NCBI GenBank assembly: GCA_964583985.1
Contig: CAZOYD010000088.1
Location: 1-11,673, forward strand
Length of the DNA stretch: 11,673 bases
Reading direction: 5' to 3'
Source of the DNA: an uncultured archaeon
GTDB taxonomy: Archaea > Asgardarchaeota > Lokiarchaeia > Sigyniarchaeales > SOKP01
Below are positions 1-7,619 of this stretch, in pieces. Position numbers and translations under genes: made by a program. A model generated the notes under the pieces. That model saw nothing but the letters and a program-made list of their open reading frames with translations. It was not told the origin of the DNA and did not search any database. The first letter of the stretch is position 1. Every line of letters begins with the position of its first letter.

Positions 1-912
1 ATTGGAGCTGATGGAGCAGTTTCGATGGTTGCAAAACAAAGTGGATTAAGGACTAAATGGGCTCAAGACCAAATTACAGTAGTACCTCAATATGATTTTC
101 AAGCGAGTCCTGAAAAAATTGATGATATCATGGGAGATGAAACTCTGGCAGTATGGTGGTCTGCAATATTTCCAGCGTCTTATCAAGTGTTCTTCCATGA
201 TGGTTTTCATCAAGGTCTTGCCAATTGGTTAAATAAATGGGATAAAAATCCCTTATATTATCTAAATCGTGTAATAAAACTCAAGTACTACCAAAGGTTA
301 ATAAGAATTTTGAATGCTAAACCAAGAGAACTTCAATCTCACCTCCTTCCATGGTTAAAATATCCATATAACACGCATACGGATGGAATTATCTTAGTAG
401 GTGATGCAGGAGGATTTCCTTGTCCACTTGAAGCTGAAGGAATATATCCTGCCATGGTAACGGGGAAAGCTGCAGCAGAAGTAGCAGCAGAAGCAATTAC
501 TTCTGAAGATTATTCAAAAGACTTTCTCTCAAAATATGATAACGCATGGAAAAAAACGTCTATTGGTGAGGAATTCGAAGCTGGAGAAGAATTATATAAT
601 ATTTGGAAAGCACTCCCTTTCAGTCCACAAGAAACGATGTCTTGGTTTGTTCCAATGTTTATGGAGGTAATGGGAGGAATTTATGATTGGTCCCAACCAC
701 ATGCAAAACGAGTTCGACAGATAGCGTCCCAAATTAAATCATACATGCCTAAAGCTCTACCCTTTATAATGAAATACGTCTTTCCACTTGTAGCTAAAAT
801 TTTTGAGGAAGACCTTGATAAAATGATGGATCCTCAGAAATTAATGTCTGCGATTCCCAAGGTAATGGATTTAATTCCTAAGAAAAAAAAACCAAGGAGG
901 GATGATACGTGA
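1..912 (+). CDS. FAD-dependent oxidoreductase, geranylgeranyl reductase/FixC (EtfC) family; 5'-truncated by the window edge
   Basis: Frame is open from base 1 (IGADGAVSMVAK), which gives the GADG flavoprotein motif, so the ATG at 25 is internal. Second FAD motif LVGDAGGFPCPLEAEGIYPAM present, followed by an LSKYDNAWK helix typical of the family. Stop overlaps the ferredoxin start (GTGA). Confidence 0.85.
   Translation: MGADGAVSMVAKQSGLRTKWAQDQITVVPQYDFQASPEKIDDIMGDETLAVWWSAIFPASYQVFFHDGFHQGLANWLNKWDKNPLYYLNRVIKLKYYQRLIRILNAKPRELQSHLLPWLKYPYNTHTDGIILVGDAGGFPCPLEAEGIYPAMVTGKAAAEVAAEAITSEDYSKDFLSKYDNAWKKTSIGEEFEAGEELYNIWKALPFSPQETMSWFVPMFMEVMGGIYDWSQPHAKRVRQIASQIKSYMPKALPFIMKYVFPLVAKIFEEDLDKMMDPQKLMSAIPKVMDLIPKKKKPRRDDT
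895..900 (+). promoter_or_regulatory. Shine-Dalgarno-like site for the ferredoxin gene
   Basis: AGGAGG ends 8 nt before the GTG at 909. Confidence 0.55.
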
Positions 913-1172
913 AATCCAATGATTTAACAAAACACATTCTAGGCACGGGGGATTTTATATTTATTGATCAGAATAAATGTAATAGATGCGGACAATGCAT
1001 TCTAGTTTGTGTAGTTAATTTATGGCGTAAGAGAGACAATGCAATTTATATTTCAGAAGATTATAAAGGAAAGTGCTTAGAATGTGCGGCATGTTATCAA
1101 GTTTGTGAAGCTAATGCTATTAAATTTCAATATCCATCAGGTGGTACAGGAGTAATATATGAAAAAGGGTAA
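909..1172 (+). CDS. FixX/EtfX-like 2x[4Fe-4S] ferredoxin
   Basis: Two CxxCxxCxxxC motifs (CNRCGQCILVC, CLECAACYQVC) and a FixX-like C-terminus YPSGGTGVIYEKG. GTG start overlaps the upstream TGA. Confidence 0.88.
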   Translation: MKSNDLTKHILGTGDFIFIDQNKCNRCGQCILVCVVNLWRKRDNAIYISEDYKGKCLECAACYQVCEANAIKFQYPSGGTGVIYEKG

Positions 1173-1250
1173 ATTTCTTCTTTGATTAAATTTTCTAACA
1201 AGATTGTTATTATAGAGTTTATACAAACAATCTAATATGGAAATTCTTAA
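1173..1250. terminator. Putative termination region between convergent genes (pyrimidine tract plus hairpin)
   Basis: TTTCTTCTTT directly follows the ferredoxin stop. Inverted repeat AGATTGTT (1201-1208) / AACAATCT (1226-1233). Confidence 0.4.
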
Positions 1251-1751
1251 TTATTGTGATTTCAATCTTAATTTTAGTTGATTTATTATTCCTCCAGATT
1301 CTAATATTTCTTTTAAAAATTGAGGTAATTTCTTATATGGAATATTAAGATCTTTTGATTTATTGAATATATTTCCATTTTCAATCGAAATTTGTACTTG
1401 ATCTCCATCAGAAAATGTTGTTTCGTCCCAATTACATTTTATTGCAGCAATTCCATTATTAATAAGATTTCGAAAGTATATCCTTGAAAATGATTTCGCA
1501 ATAATTGCCTTAATTCCAAGAATTTTAAATACATTTACTGCTTCTTCTCGGGAGCTCCCTGTCCCAAAATTATGACCACCTACAATAATAGATCTCTTAG
1601 CAAATTTTTGAACAAAATTGGGTTCTATAAATTCTAAAACATGTTTGACCATTTCATTTGGATCCCTCATTGTCAAAGTATAGCTAGGTACGATATCATC
1701 TGTGTTAATGTCATCCCCTAAAATATAAATTATTCCTTCAATATCTTCCAT
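1251..1751 (-). CDS. leuD: 3-isopropylmalate dehydratase/homoaconitase-family small subunit (LeuD/HacB-like)
   Basis: GDDINTDDIVP, GHNFGTGSSREEA, AKSFSRIYFRNLINNG and C-terminal ILESGGI motifs. Lies 2 nt downstream of the large subunit. Exact substrate uncertain. Confidence 0.88.
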   Translation of the reverse strand: MEDIEGIIYILGDDINTDDIVPSYTLTMRDPNEMVKHVLEFIEPNFVQKFAKRSIIVGGHNFGTGSSREEAVNVFKILGIKAIIAKSFSRIYFRNLINNGIAAIKCNWDETTFSDGDQVQISIENGNIFNKSKDLNIPYKKLPQFLKEILESGGIINQLKLRLKSQ

Positions 1752-1753
1752 TA

Positions 1754-3013
1754 TTACAGCACCTCCCGAGGATCAGATATCTTTCCTTTTAAAGCTGATG
1801 CTGCCACGGTTGCTGGAGATGCCAAGAAAATTTCAGCTGTAGGGTCCCCCATCCTTCCAATAAAATTGCGATTGGTGCTACTAATGCATCTTTCACCGGG
1901 TCCTAATACTCCTAAATGACCACCAATGCAAGCTCCACACGTAGAATGTGTAAAGATCGCTCCAGCATTCATAAAAATTTCAATTAAACCTTCTTTCATG
2001 GCAGTCAAATAAATTTCTTGTGATGCTGGAGTAATTATTAATCTGATTTTCGGAGGTATCTTTTTTCCTTTCAATATTCTAGCGGCAATGCGCAAATCTT
2101 CCATTCTGCCATTAGTGCAACTTCCTAAGAAAGCTTGATCTATTTCTTCATCTTGAACTTCTTCTATAGTTGCTATATTTCCGGGATCTGATGGTTTAGC
2201 TACCACGGGGGTTATTTTTGATAAATCATAATCTAACTCTTTCTCATATTCTGCTTTTTCATCTGGTTCTATAAATTGATAGGGTTGAGTAGTTCTATAA
2301 TTTAACCACAATTTGAGTTTTTCATCAGGTAAGAAAATTCCAAACTTTGCACCTGCCTCTACAACCATATTTGTTATTGTCATCCTAGAATCAATTGATA
2401 ACCAAGAAGATCCCTTTCCATGAAACTCTAATGCTTTATATATTGCACCTTTGGTAGAGATTTCTCCTATCATAGTTAATATGAAATCTTTAGACATTAC
2501 TCCTTTATTCAATCTGCCAATTAAATTCACTTTAATCGTTTCAGGAACTAAAAACCATAATTTTCCGGTTGCAAACACAACAGAAACATCTGTAGCACCG
2601 ATACCTGTTGACAGGCAATTGAAAGCTCCATAAGTTGTTGTATGACTATCAGAACCGACTATTAACATCCCTGGTCTTGAAAATCCCAATTCTGGCAGAA
2701 CTTGATGACAAATTCCTTTATTCATCCCCATATTATGAACAAATTTATATTTTTCTGCAAATTTAACACAATCTTGATGCATTCGTGCTGCGTTAATAGT
2801 TGGAGCGGGTACCCAATGATCGAGAATAAAGAATATTTTATTAGGATCCCAGACATAATTTATTCCCAGTTTTTCATATTCTTTGTGAATTCTTCCACCT
2901 AATTGTTCATGTACCATAATTAGATCAATATCTGCTTCAAGAAAATCTCCTGGTGATATGTTTTTAACTTGAGAGTGCTCTTTTAATATTTTTTCTGTAA
3001 TTGTTAAGTTCAT
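1754..3013 (-). CDS. leuC: 3-isopropylmalate dehydratase/homoaconitase-family large subunit (LeuC/HacA-like, short type)
   Basis: LDH, GICHQV, GSDSHTTTYGA, GSCTNGR and TCGACIG (three [4Fe-4S] Cys), STNRNFIGRMG, LASPATVAASA. Exact substrate uncertain. Confidence 0.9.
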   Translation of the reverse strand: MNLTITEKILKEHSQVKNISPGDFLEADIDLIMVHEQLGGRIHKEYEKLGINYVWDPNKIFFILDHWVPAPTINAARMHQDCVKFAEKYKFVHNMGMNKGICHQVLPELGFSRPGMLIVGSDSHTTTYGAFNCLSTGIGATDVSVVFATGKLWFLVPETIKVNLIGRLNKGVMSKDFILTMIGEISTKGAIYKALEFHGKGSSWLSIDSRMTITNMVVEAGAKFGIFLPDEKLKLWLNYRTTQPYQFIEPDEKAEYEKELDYDLSKITPVVAKPSDPGNIATIEEVQDEEIDQAFLGSCTNGRMEDLRIAARILKGKKIPPKIRLIITPASQEIYLTAMKEGLIEIFMNAGAIFTHSTCGACIGGHLGVLGPGERCISSTNRNFIGRMGDPTAEIFLASPATVAASALKGKISDPREVL

Positions 3014-4314
3014 TTTATATCACATTTTAATTCATTACTATTACATAGTTTTTCATAATCTTGATCAATTCGTTTTAGTACTTTTTTTATTACTCGGCAT
3101 GTTTCTTTTAATATTTGAGGATTTACTTTGTCAGGAGTATCATGAATAGTATGTGTATAACGCGCTGCTGCTTTGGTAGTAATATCAATTGCGTTCCAAC
3201 CCTTTAAATGAAAAGGAACGGTATCGGTATGTGCTCCAGTACTTAAATGAAATCCTTTAATTTCAATCCCTTCTTCTCTCGCTGTGATTTCAAGATATCT
3301 ACTGAGAACAGGGGCATTAATTTTTCGAAATATAATACCATATGACTTGAAATATTCAATTCTATTATTTTTTTGACAACTACAAGAAACCATATCATTA
3401 TTTATTGTAAATACTCTCCCTTTTTTAAAAATCTTATCATGATCATTTACAAATATACGAGATCCCATTGTTCCTAACTCCTCAGCGGAAAATTGGCAAA
3501 ACCATAAATTGAAATTATCAAGAGGGTTATTTAAAAAATGAGCACTTACTTCAAAAACAATGGCCATGCCTGATGCGTTATCTAAAGCTCCAGGGGAATT
3601 ATTTGTCGTGCTTAGAAACATTAAAAATATGTTAGATGTCGAGATTACTATGATTGTGGTCCAAACACCTGAGATAGTAATTCTATAATCAAAAGGCACG
3701 TTTCCTAATATCATGACCAAAAATAATCCATAAAAGAAACCTAGGAAAATTCCTCCAAAAACGCAGATTTTGTAGAAAAAAACCCTCCAATAAGTCTTAT
3801 AAGTTTGTGATTTTGAGTCTAAATGGGCAGAAATGATAATATTTCCAGCTTCTTCCTCAGGGAGAATTTTCGCGGGAATTTTTACGAAAACGTTTGTTGC
3901 ACTAAGAGTTTCTCCAAAATATTCGCCCCAAAATCCTTGTTTTTCTGGATGTTTTAAACCCTTTATGATTAAAAAGACTACTATTACCATTAGAATAGTA
4001 AACATTAAACTCAATAACGCTTGAATATAGGCAAATAGTACAAGGATCAGGTTAAAGATCAAATTCAAGCTCATCAATAAAATGATTAATGTAGTGGAAT
4101 AAAAATCAGAAAATTCAAAATTTCTTCTTATTATCTGAGATTCAGTAAAGCCGATCTCTTTAAATGCATCAATTGTTAATTGAACTGCTTTTTTTTCCCC
4201 GTCAGTTCCTGCTAATCGAGGAAAGCTGAATTTAGTTACATAATCAAATAATGCTTGTTTTTCAAATTCAGTTGCTCCACTTGATAATTTTGCAAAATTT
4301 TTACGGGAATCCAA
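3010..4314 (-). CDS. Membrane-embedded M28-family Zn metallopeptidase
   Basis: PRLAGT, SAHLDS, GALDNASG, AEELG, NDMV and HTIHD motifs. Two long hydrophobic segments, each resembling a TM hairpin. The TTG start is uncertain. The TGA overlaps the leuC ATG. Confidence 0.85.
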   Translation of the reverse strand: MDSRKNFAKLSSGATEFEKQALFDYVTKFSFPRLAGTDGEKKAVQLTIDAFKEIGFTESQIIRRNFEFSDFYSTTLIILLMSLNLIFNLILVLFAYIQALLSLMFTILMVIVVFLIIKGLKHPEKQGFWGEYFGETLSATNVFVKIPAKILPEEEAGNIIISAHLDSKSQTYKTYWRVFFYKICVFGGIFLGFFYGLFLVMILGNVPFDYRITISGVWTTIIVISTSNIFLMFLSTTNNSPGALDNASGMAIVFEVSAHFLNNPLDNFNLWFCQFSAEELGTMGSRIFVNDHDKIFKKGRVFTINNDMVSCSCQKNNRIEYFKSYGIIFRKINAPVLSRYLEITAREEGIEIKGFHLSTGAHTDTVPFHLKGWNAIDITTKAAARYTHTIHDTPDKVNPQILKETCRVIKKVLKRIDQDYEKLCNSNELKCDIK

Positions 4315-4391
4315 TTTGAGTAAAATATACCTTGTAATTGAAAATCTAGTCAGATTTTTAGAATTAAAACAAAAATTTATTTTTTAGGATT

Positions 4392-5000
4392 TTAAAACCC
4401 TACATCCTTCAATTTTTTGATTACGATCGTTTGAATATTTTGTTGTACAATTTCAATAATGGCATTTGTATCAATCACAGGATATCCTTCCTCTTTAGCC
4501 CGGTTTAAATAAAGATCTCTCACCTGATCCAAGAATTTAGTATCTTCGAATTTTTCCAAACTCTCTTGAACTTTACGTGCTAAAGAAATTTTAGGATCAA
4601 TGTCTAAAATGATTGTTAAATCAGGAGATTCTGCAAATTTATTGATTGTCTTTATCCATTCAATAGAGATTTCTGCTGATTGAACAGATTGATAGATTAT
4701 CGAAGACTCTATATACCTATCAGAAACAACAATGAAACCTAAATCTAATTTTGGTTTAATTTCTTTTTTATAATGTAAATCTCTATCGGCAGCGAATAAT
4801 AATGCATCAGTACTTGGAGGAATTTCTTTATTTTTCAAATATTGACGTAATAATAGACCTATTTCATTTTTTGAGGGTTCTTGAGTTAAATGTACTTTTA
4901 AACCAAGCATTTCTAAAAAACTTACTAGCATCTTACTATGCGTGGTAGTGCCTGATCCATCAATCCCATCCAAAACTATGAAAAATGATTTCTTATCCAT
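4392..5000 (-). CDS. tmk: Thymidylate (dTMP) kinase
   Basis: FIVLDGIDGSGTTT P-loop, TQEP, ALLFAADR, VVSDRY..SS..YQ, PDLTIILDI, EKFE. Confidence 0.92.
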   Translation of the reverse strand: MDKKSFFIVLDGIDGSGTTTHSKMLVSFLEMLGLKVHLTQEPSKNEIGLLLRQYLKNKEIPPSTDALLFAADRDLHYKKEIKPKLDLGFIVVSDRYIESSIIYQSVQSAEISIEWIKTINKFAESPDLTIILDIDPKISLARKVQESLEKFEDTKFLDQVRDLYLNRAKEEGYPVIDTNAIIEIVQQNIQTIVIKKLKDVGF

Positions 5001-5026
5001 TTTTTACATTCATCAATCTTAAGATG

Positions 5027-5034
5027 TTATAAAA
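5027..5034 (-). promoter_or_regulatory. Candidate archaeal TATA box for tmk
   Basis: Minus strand reads TTTTATAA, 27-34 nt upstream of the tmk ATG. AT-rich background limits certainty. Confidence 0.4.
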
Positions 5035-5041
5035 ATAATGT

Positions 5042-5169
5042 TGTTTATCTCTTAAATAAATGATTATTAAATAACTAACTTGACGGATTTCTAAATAAAT
5101 AATCTTATTTTACTCAAACCTTTTTAACAAATAAATTGAGTTCTGCTGGAACGTTTTTCGAGATAAACA
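5042..5169. repeat. Perfect 10-bp inverted repeat bracketing about 108 bp of intergenic DNA
   Basis: TGTTTATCTC (5042-5051) and GAGATAAACA (5160-5169). Extendable by ATAATG (5035-5040) / CATTAT (5177-5182). Confidence 0.6.
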
Positions 5170-5191
5170 GATTTAGCATTATGTGATCTTC

Positions 5192-6091
5192 TTATTTCTT
5201 CAAAATTTTCATAAATTCATAGAAATACTTGTAGGAATTCTCAAAATGGTTATCTTCACGAGAATAATCTAATCCTTCTTGAAAAATTTTATTAAACGCG
5301 TTTTTATCCTTACTTTGTATTATCTTTTTATATTTACTTACTATTTCTTCAAAAAGATCTAAGACTTTATAAAATTCCATGTTCTCCATTTGTATTTCTC
5401 CAAACATTTCCATTTCTCTTTGAATGATGCTTTCTGCAAATACTTTTTGAAGTAAAAATGTCGTACCAGTAAATCTTGTTAATTCATTTAAAGGAATTCC
5501 AGATTGTTTAAGAAGGAATAAATAGAGAATGTTTACCATATGTGGGACTGCTAAAGTTAAAGCCATTATTTTATCATGTTCTTCGGGAGTCGTTGTAATA
5601 AGTAATAACCCTTCCGATTGGAAAATTGAAAATAATTCATCAATTAATAAGTCATAGTTTTCTGTCCCACCCACCTTTAAAGCAATCATAACATAATTTT
5701 TCATATTTATTATTCCTGGTCCAAACATGGGATGCAATGATATACAATTAATAGGGTACTTTAAGTGCGCTTCTTGCAAGATGGAATAAACCTTTGTTTT
5801 GAGAGATGTTATATCGAATAAAATTGCTTCCTTTTTCATTAAAGGGGTGATTTTTTTTATCATTTGAGGCGTCGAGTTGATTGGTATGGATACAATTACG
5901 ATATCCGCTTTTTTAACACAATCCTCAAGATCCAGAGAATACGACATATTGAGTTCAATTGCGGTTTCAATCAATTTTTCTTCATTACGTGCAAAGAGTG
6001 TAATTTTAAACCCATATTTTTGAAATAATTTTCCAAATACTTTTCCCATACCACCATAACCACCAACTATCGTCAAACACTTTCCTAACAT
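5192..6091 (-). CDS. tyrA: Prephenate/arogenate dehydrogenase (monofunctional)
   Basis: IVGGYGGMG Rossmann motif, DITSLK, HPMFGP, EEHDKIMA. Start overlaps the aroE stop by 1 nt (TAATG). Confidence 0.88.
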   Translation of the reverse strand: MLGKCLTIVGGYGGMGKVFGKLFQKYGFKITLFARNEEKLIETAIELNMSYSLDLEDCVKKADIVIVSIPINSTPQMIKKITPLMKKEAILFDITSLKTKVYSILQEAHLKYPINCISLHPMFGPGIINMKNYVMIALKVGGTENYDLLIDELFSIFQSEGLLLITTTPEEHDKIMALTLAVPHMVNILYLFLLKQSGIPLNELTRFTGTTFLLQKVFAESIIQREMEMFGEIQMENMEFYKVLDLFEEIVSKYKKIIQSKDKNAFNKIFQEGLDYSREDNHFENSYKYFYEFMKILKK

Positions 6092-6960
6092 TATTTCATT
6101 ACCAGTTCATTTAAAATTGTTTTTTTCATTAACTCTATATTTGGTATTTTATTAGTCCACCACTCAAATGATAAAACTCCTTGAAATATTAACATATCCA
6201 ATCCACCGAGAACTCTACACCCTATTTCAGAGGCTTCTTTCATCAGCAGAGTTTCTAAGGGATTATAAATTATGTCAAATACGGTTAAATCTTCATGTAG
6301 AAAAATCTTAGGTATTGGGCTGAGATGTATATTAGGAAGCATTCCGATTGTCGTTGCGTTGATTAATATATCAATTGATGGTAATATGTTCTCAAATATT
6401 TTATTCTTAAATTTCTTGTATAAAACCTTCTTGTGGTATGCCCCCGTCAATTCCGATGCTAATCTTTTCCCTCGATTAGAGGATCTATTGACTATGACCA
6501 AGTTATTCGCTTCTTCAATAAAAGAGTGAGCTAAAGCTCGTGCTGCTCCTCCCGCACCTAAAATCATTATGTTTTTTCCGTTAAGGTCTATATCCGCTTC
6601 TTTAAGCGCTTTTTTAGCTCCTGATGCATCCGTATTTCTTCCTATTAACCAACCCTTTTCATTTTTAATAGTATTTATAGCCCCGATTCTACGAGCTAAA
6701 GGAGAAATTTCATCGACAAATTTAAGTGAAGTCTCCTTATGTGGCACCGTAATGTTTGCACCCTTGATATCAAGGGCTCTCACCACTTCAAATGCTTGTT
6801 TTAGACTATTAGGAGTGATATCAATTGCTATATATACATAATCCAATCCTAAATCCTTGAATGCAACATTATGCATTATAGGACTCATGCTGTGCTCGAT
6901 GGGGTGACCAAATAAGCAAATTATATTTGTTGGAGTGGAATTTTTAAGATGATCAAACAT
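6091..6960 (-). CDS. aroE: Shikimate dehydrogenase
   Basis: GHPIEHSMSPIMHN, GANITVPHK, GAINTI, NTDASG, GAGGAARA, NRS, DIIYNP, GLDMLIFQG. Confidence 0.95.
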   Translation of the reverse strand: MFDHLKNSTPTNIICLFGHPIEHSMSPIMHNVAFKDLGLDYVYIAIDITPNSLKQAFEVVRALDIKGANITVPHKETSLKFVDEISPLARRIGAINTIKNEKGWLIGRNTDASGAKKALKEADIDLNGKNIMILGAGGAARALAHSFIEEANNLVIVNRSSNRGKRLASELTGAYHKKVLYKKFKNKIFENILPSIDILINATTIGMLPNIHLSPIPKIFLHEDLTVFDIIYNPLETLLMKEASEIGCRVLGGLDMLIFQGVLSFEWWTNKIPNIELMKKTILNELVMK

Positions 6961-7062
6961 TTTGGTAGAGAAATTAAATTAAATTTAATTAATATGATTA
7001 ATCATAAATTAACTTATTATTATTAAGTATAAATTAGTAAATTAAGGAGGTAAAAACTAAAG
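6961..7062. promoter_or_regulatory. Divergent promoter region (aroE-tyrA versus flavin reductase-aroK) with two adjacent 14-bp palindromes
   Basis: Very AT-rich 102-bp gap between divergent starts. AATTAAATTTAATT (6977-6990) and TATGATTAATCATA (6993-7006) are perfect palindromes. SD-like AGGAGGT at 7045-7051. Confidence 0.55.
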
Positions 7063-7617
7063 ATGACTAAAGTAACGTTGAGTAAGGGAACAACAACATT
7101 CCCCATGCCAGCAGCTGTAATTTCAGTAGGTGTAGGAGAAGATGCCAATTTGATCACTCTAGCTTATGTTGGAAAAGTATGTTTAAATCCCCCTATTATA
7201 GCGATTGGAATAAATACCAAGCGTCACTCTTTTAAGTTGATTGAACAGCATGCTGAATTCGTTATAAACTACCCAACGAATGATCAATTAAAAGAGATGG
7301 ATTATTGTGGAACTAGGTCTGGTAGGGATGTCAACAAGTGGGATGCGCTTAAACTTACTAAAGAAAAGGGAAATATAGTTCAAGTTCCTTTGGTAAAAGA
7401 ATTTCCTTGGAACATGGAATGTAAGGTTATAAAGAAATTAGAATTAGGATCCCATGTGTGCTTTTTTGGAGAAGTAGTTGCTGTTCATTGCGATCAAAAA
7501 TATCTCAAGAAAGATTCAATTGATCCCGATAAATTAAATACTTTCGCATATATATCGGGTAAGTATATTGAATTAAAGAAGGGAATTTTAGGATCTCAAG
7601 GCTTTTCTTTAAATTAA
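7063..7617 (+). CDS. Flavin reductase-like FMN-binding protein (DIM6/NTAB, flavoredoxin-like)
   Basis: FPMPAAVIS, NLITLAY, PPIIAIGI, EFVINYP, CGTRSGRDVNK, MECKV, LGSHVCFFGEV. Strong SD upstream. Confidence 0.9.
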   Translation: MTKVTLSKGTTTFPMPAAVISVGVGEDANLITLAYVGKVCLNPPIIAIGINTKRHSFKLIEQHAEFVINYPTNDQLKEMDYCGTRSGRDVNKWDALKLTKEKGNIVQVPLVKEFPWNMECKVIKKLELGSHVCFFGEVVAVHCDQKYLKKDSIDPDKLNTFAYISGKYIELKKGILGSQGFSLN

Positions 7618-7619
7618 AC

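Noticed and set aside
877-909. PKKKKPRR tail of the flavoprotein resembling a nuclear localisation signal
   Set aside because: Basic tails are common in AT-rich prokaryotic genes, and the RR codons double as the SD (AGGAGG) of the next gene.
2451-2902. Plus-strand ORFs 2451-2633 and 2702-2902
   Set aside because: Antisense shadows within the well-supported leuC-like gene, with no motifs.
3833-4024. 63-aa plus-strand ORF
   Set aside because: Antisense to the M28 peptidase, with no recognisable features.
5080-5110. TTGACG as a bacterial -35 element
   Set aside because: No properly spaced -10 box, and it points antisense to the flanking genes.
5114-5179. 21-codon minus-strand ORF (MLNLFISKNVPAELNLFVKKV) in the tyrA-tmk gap
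   Set aside because: Too short, with no motif, no run of regulatory codons and no SD.
6272-6841. Plus-strand ORFs 6272-6529 and 6569-6841
   Set aside because: Antisense shadows of aroE.
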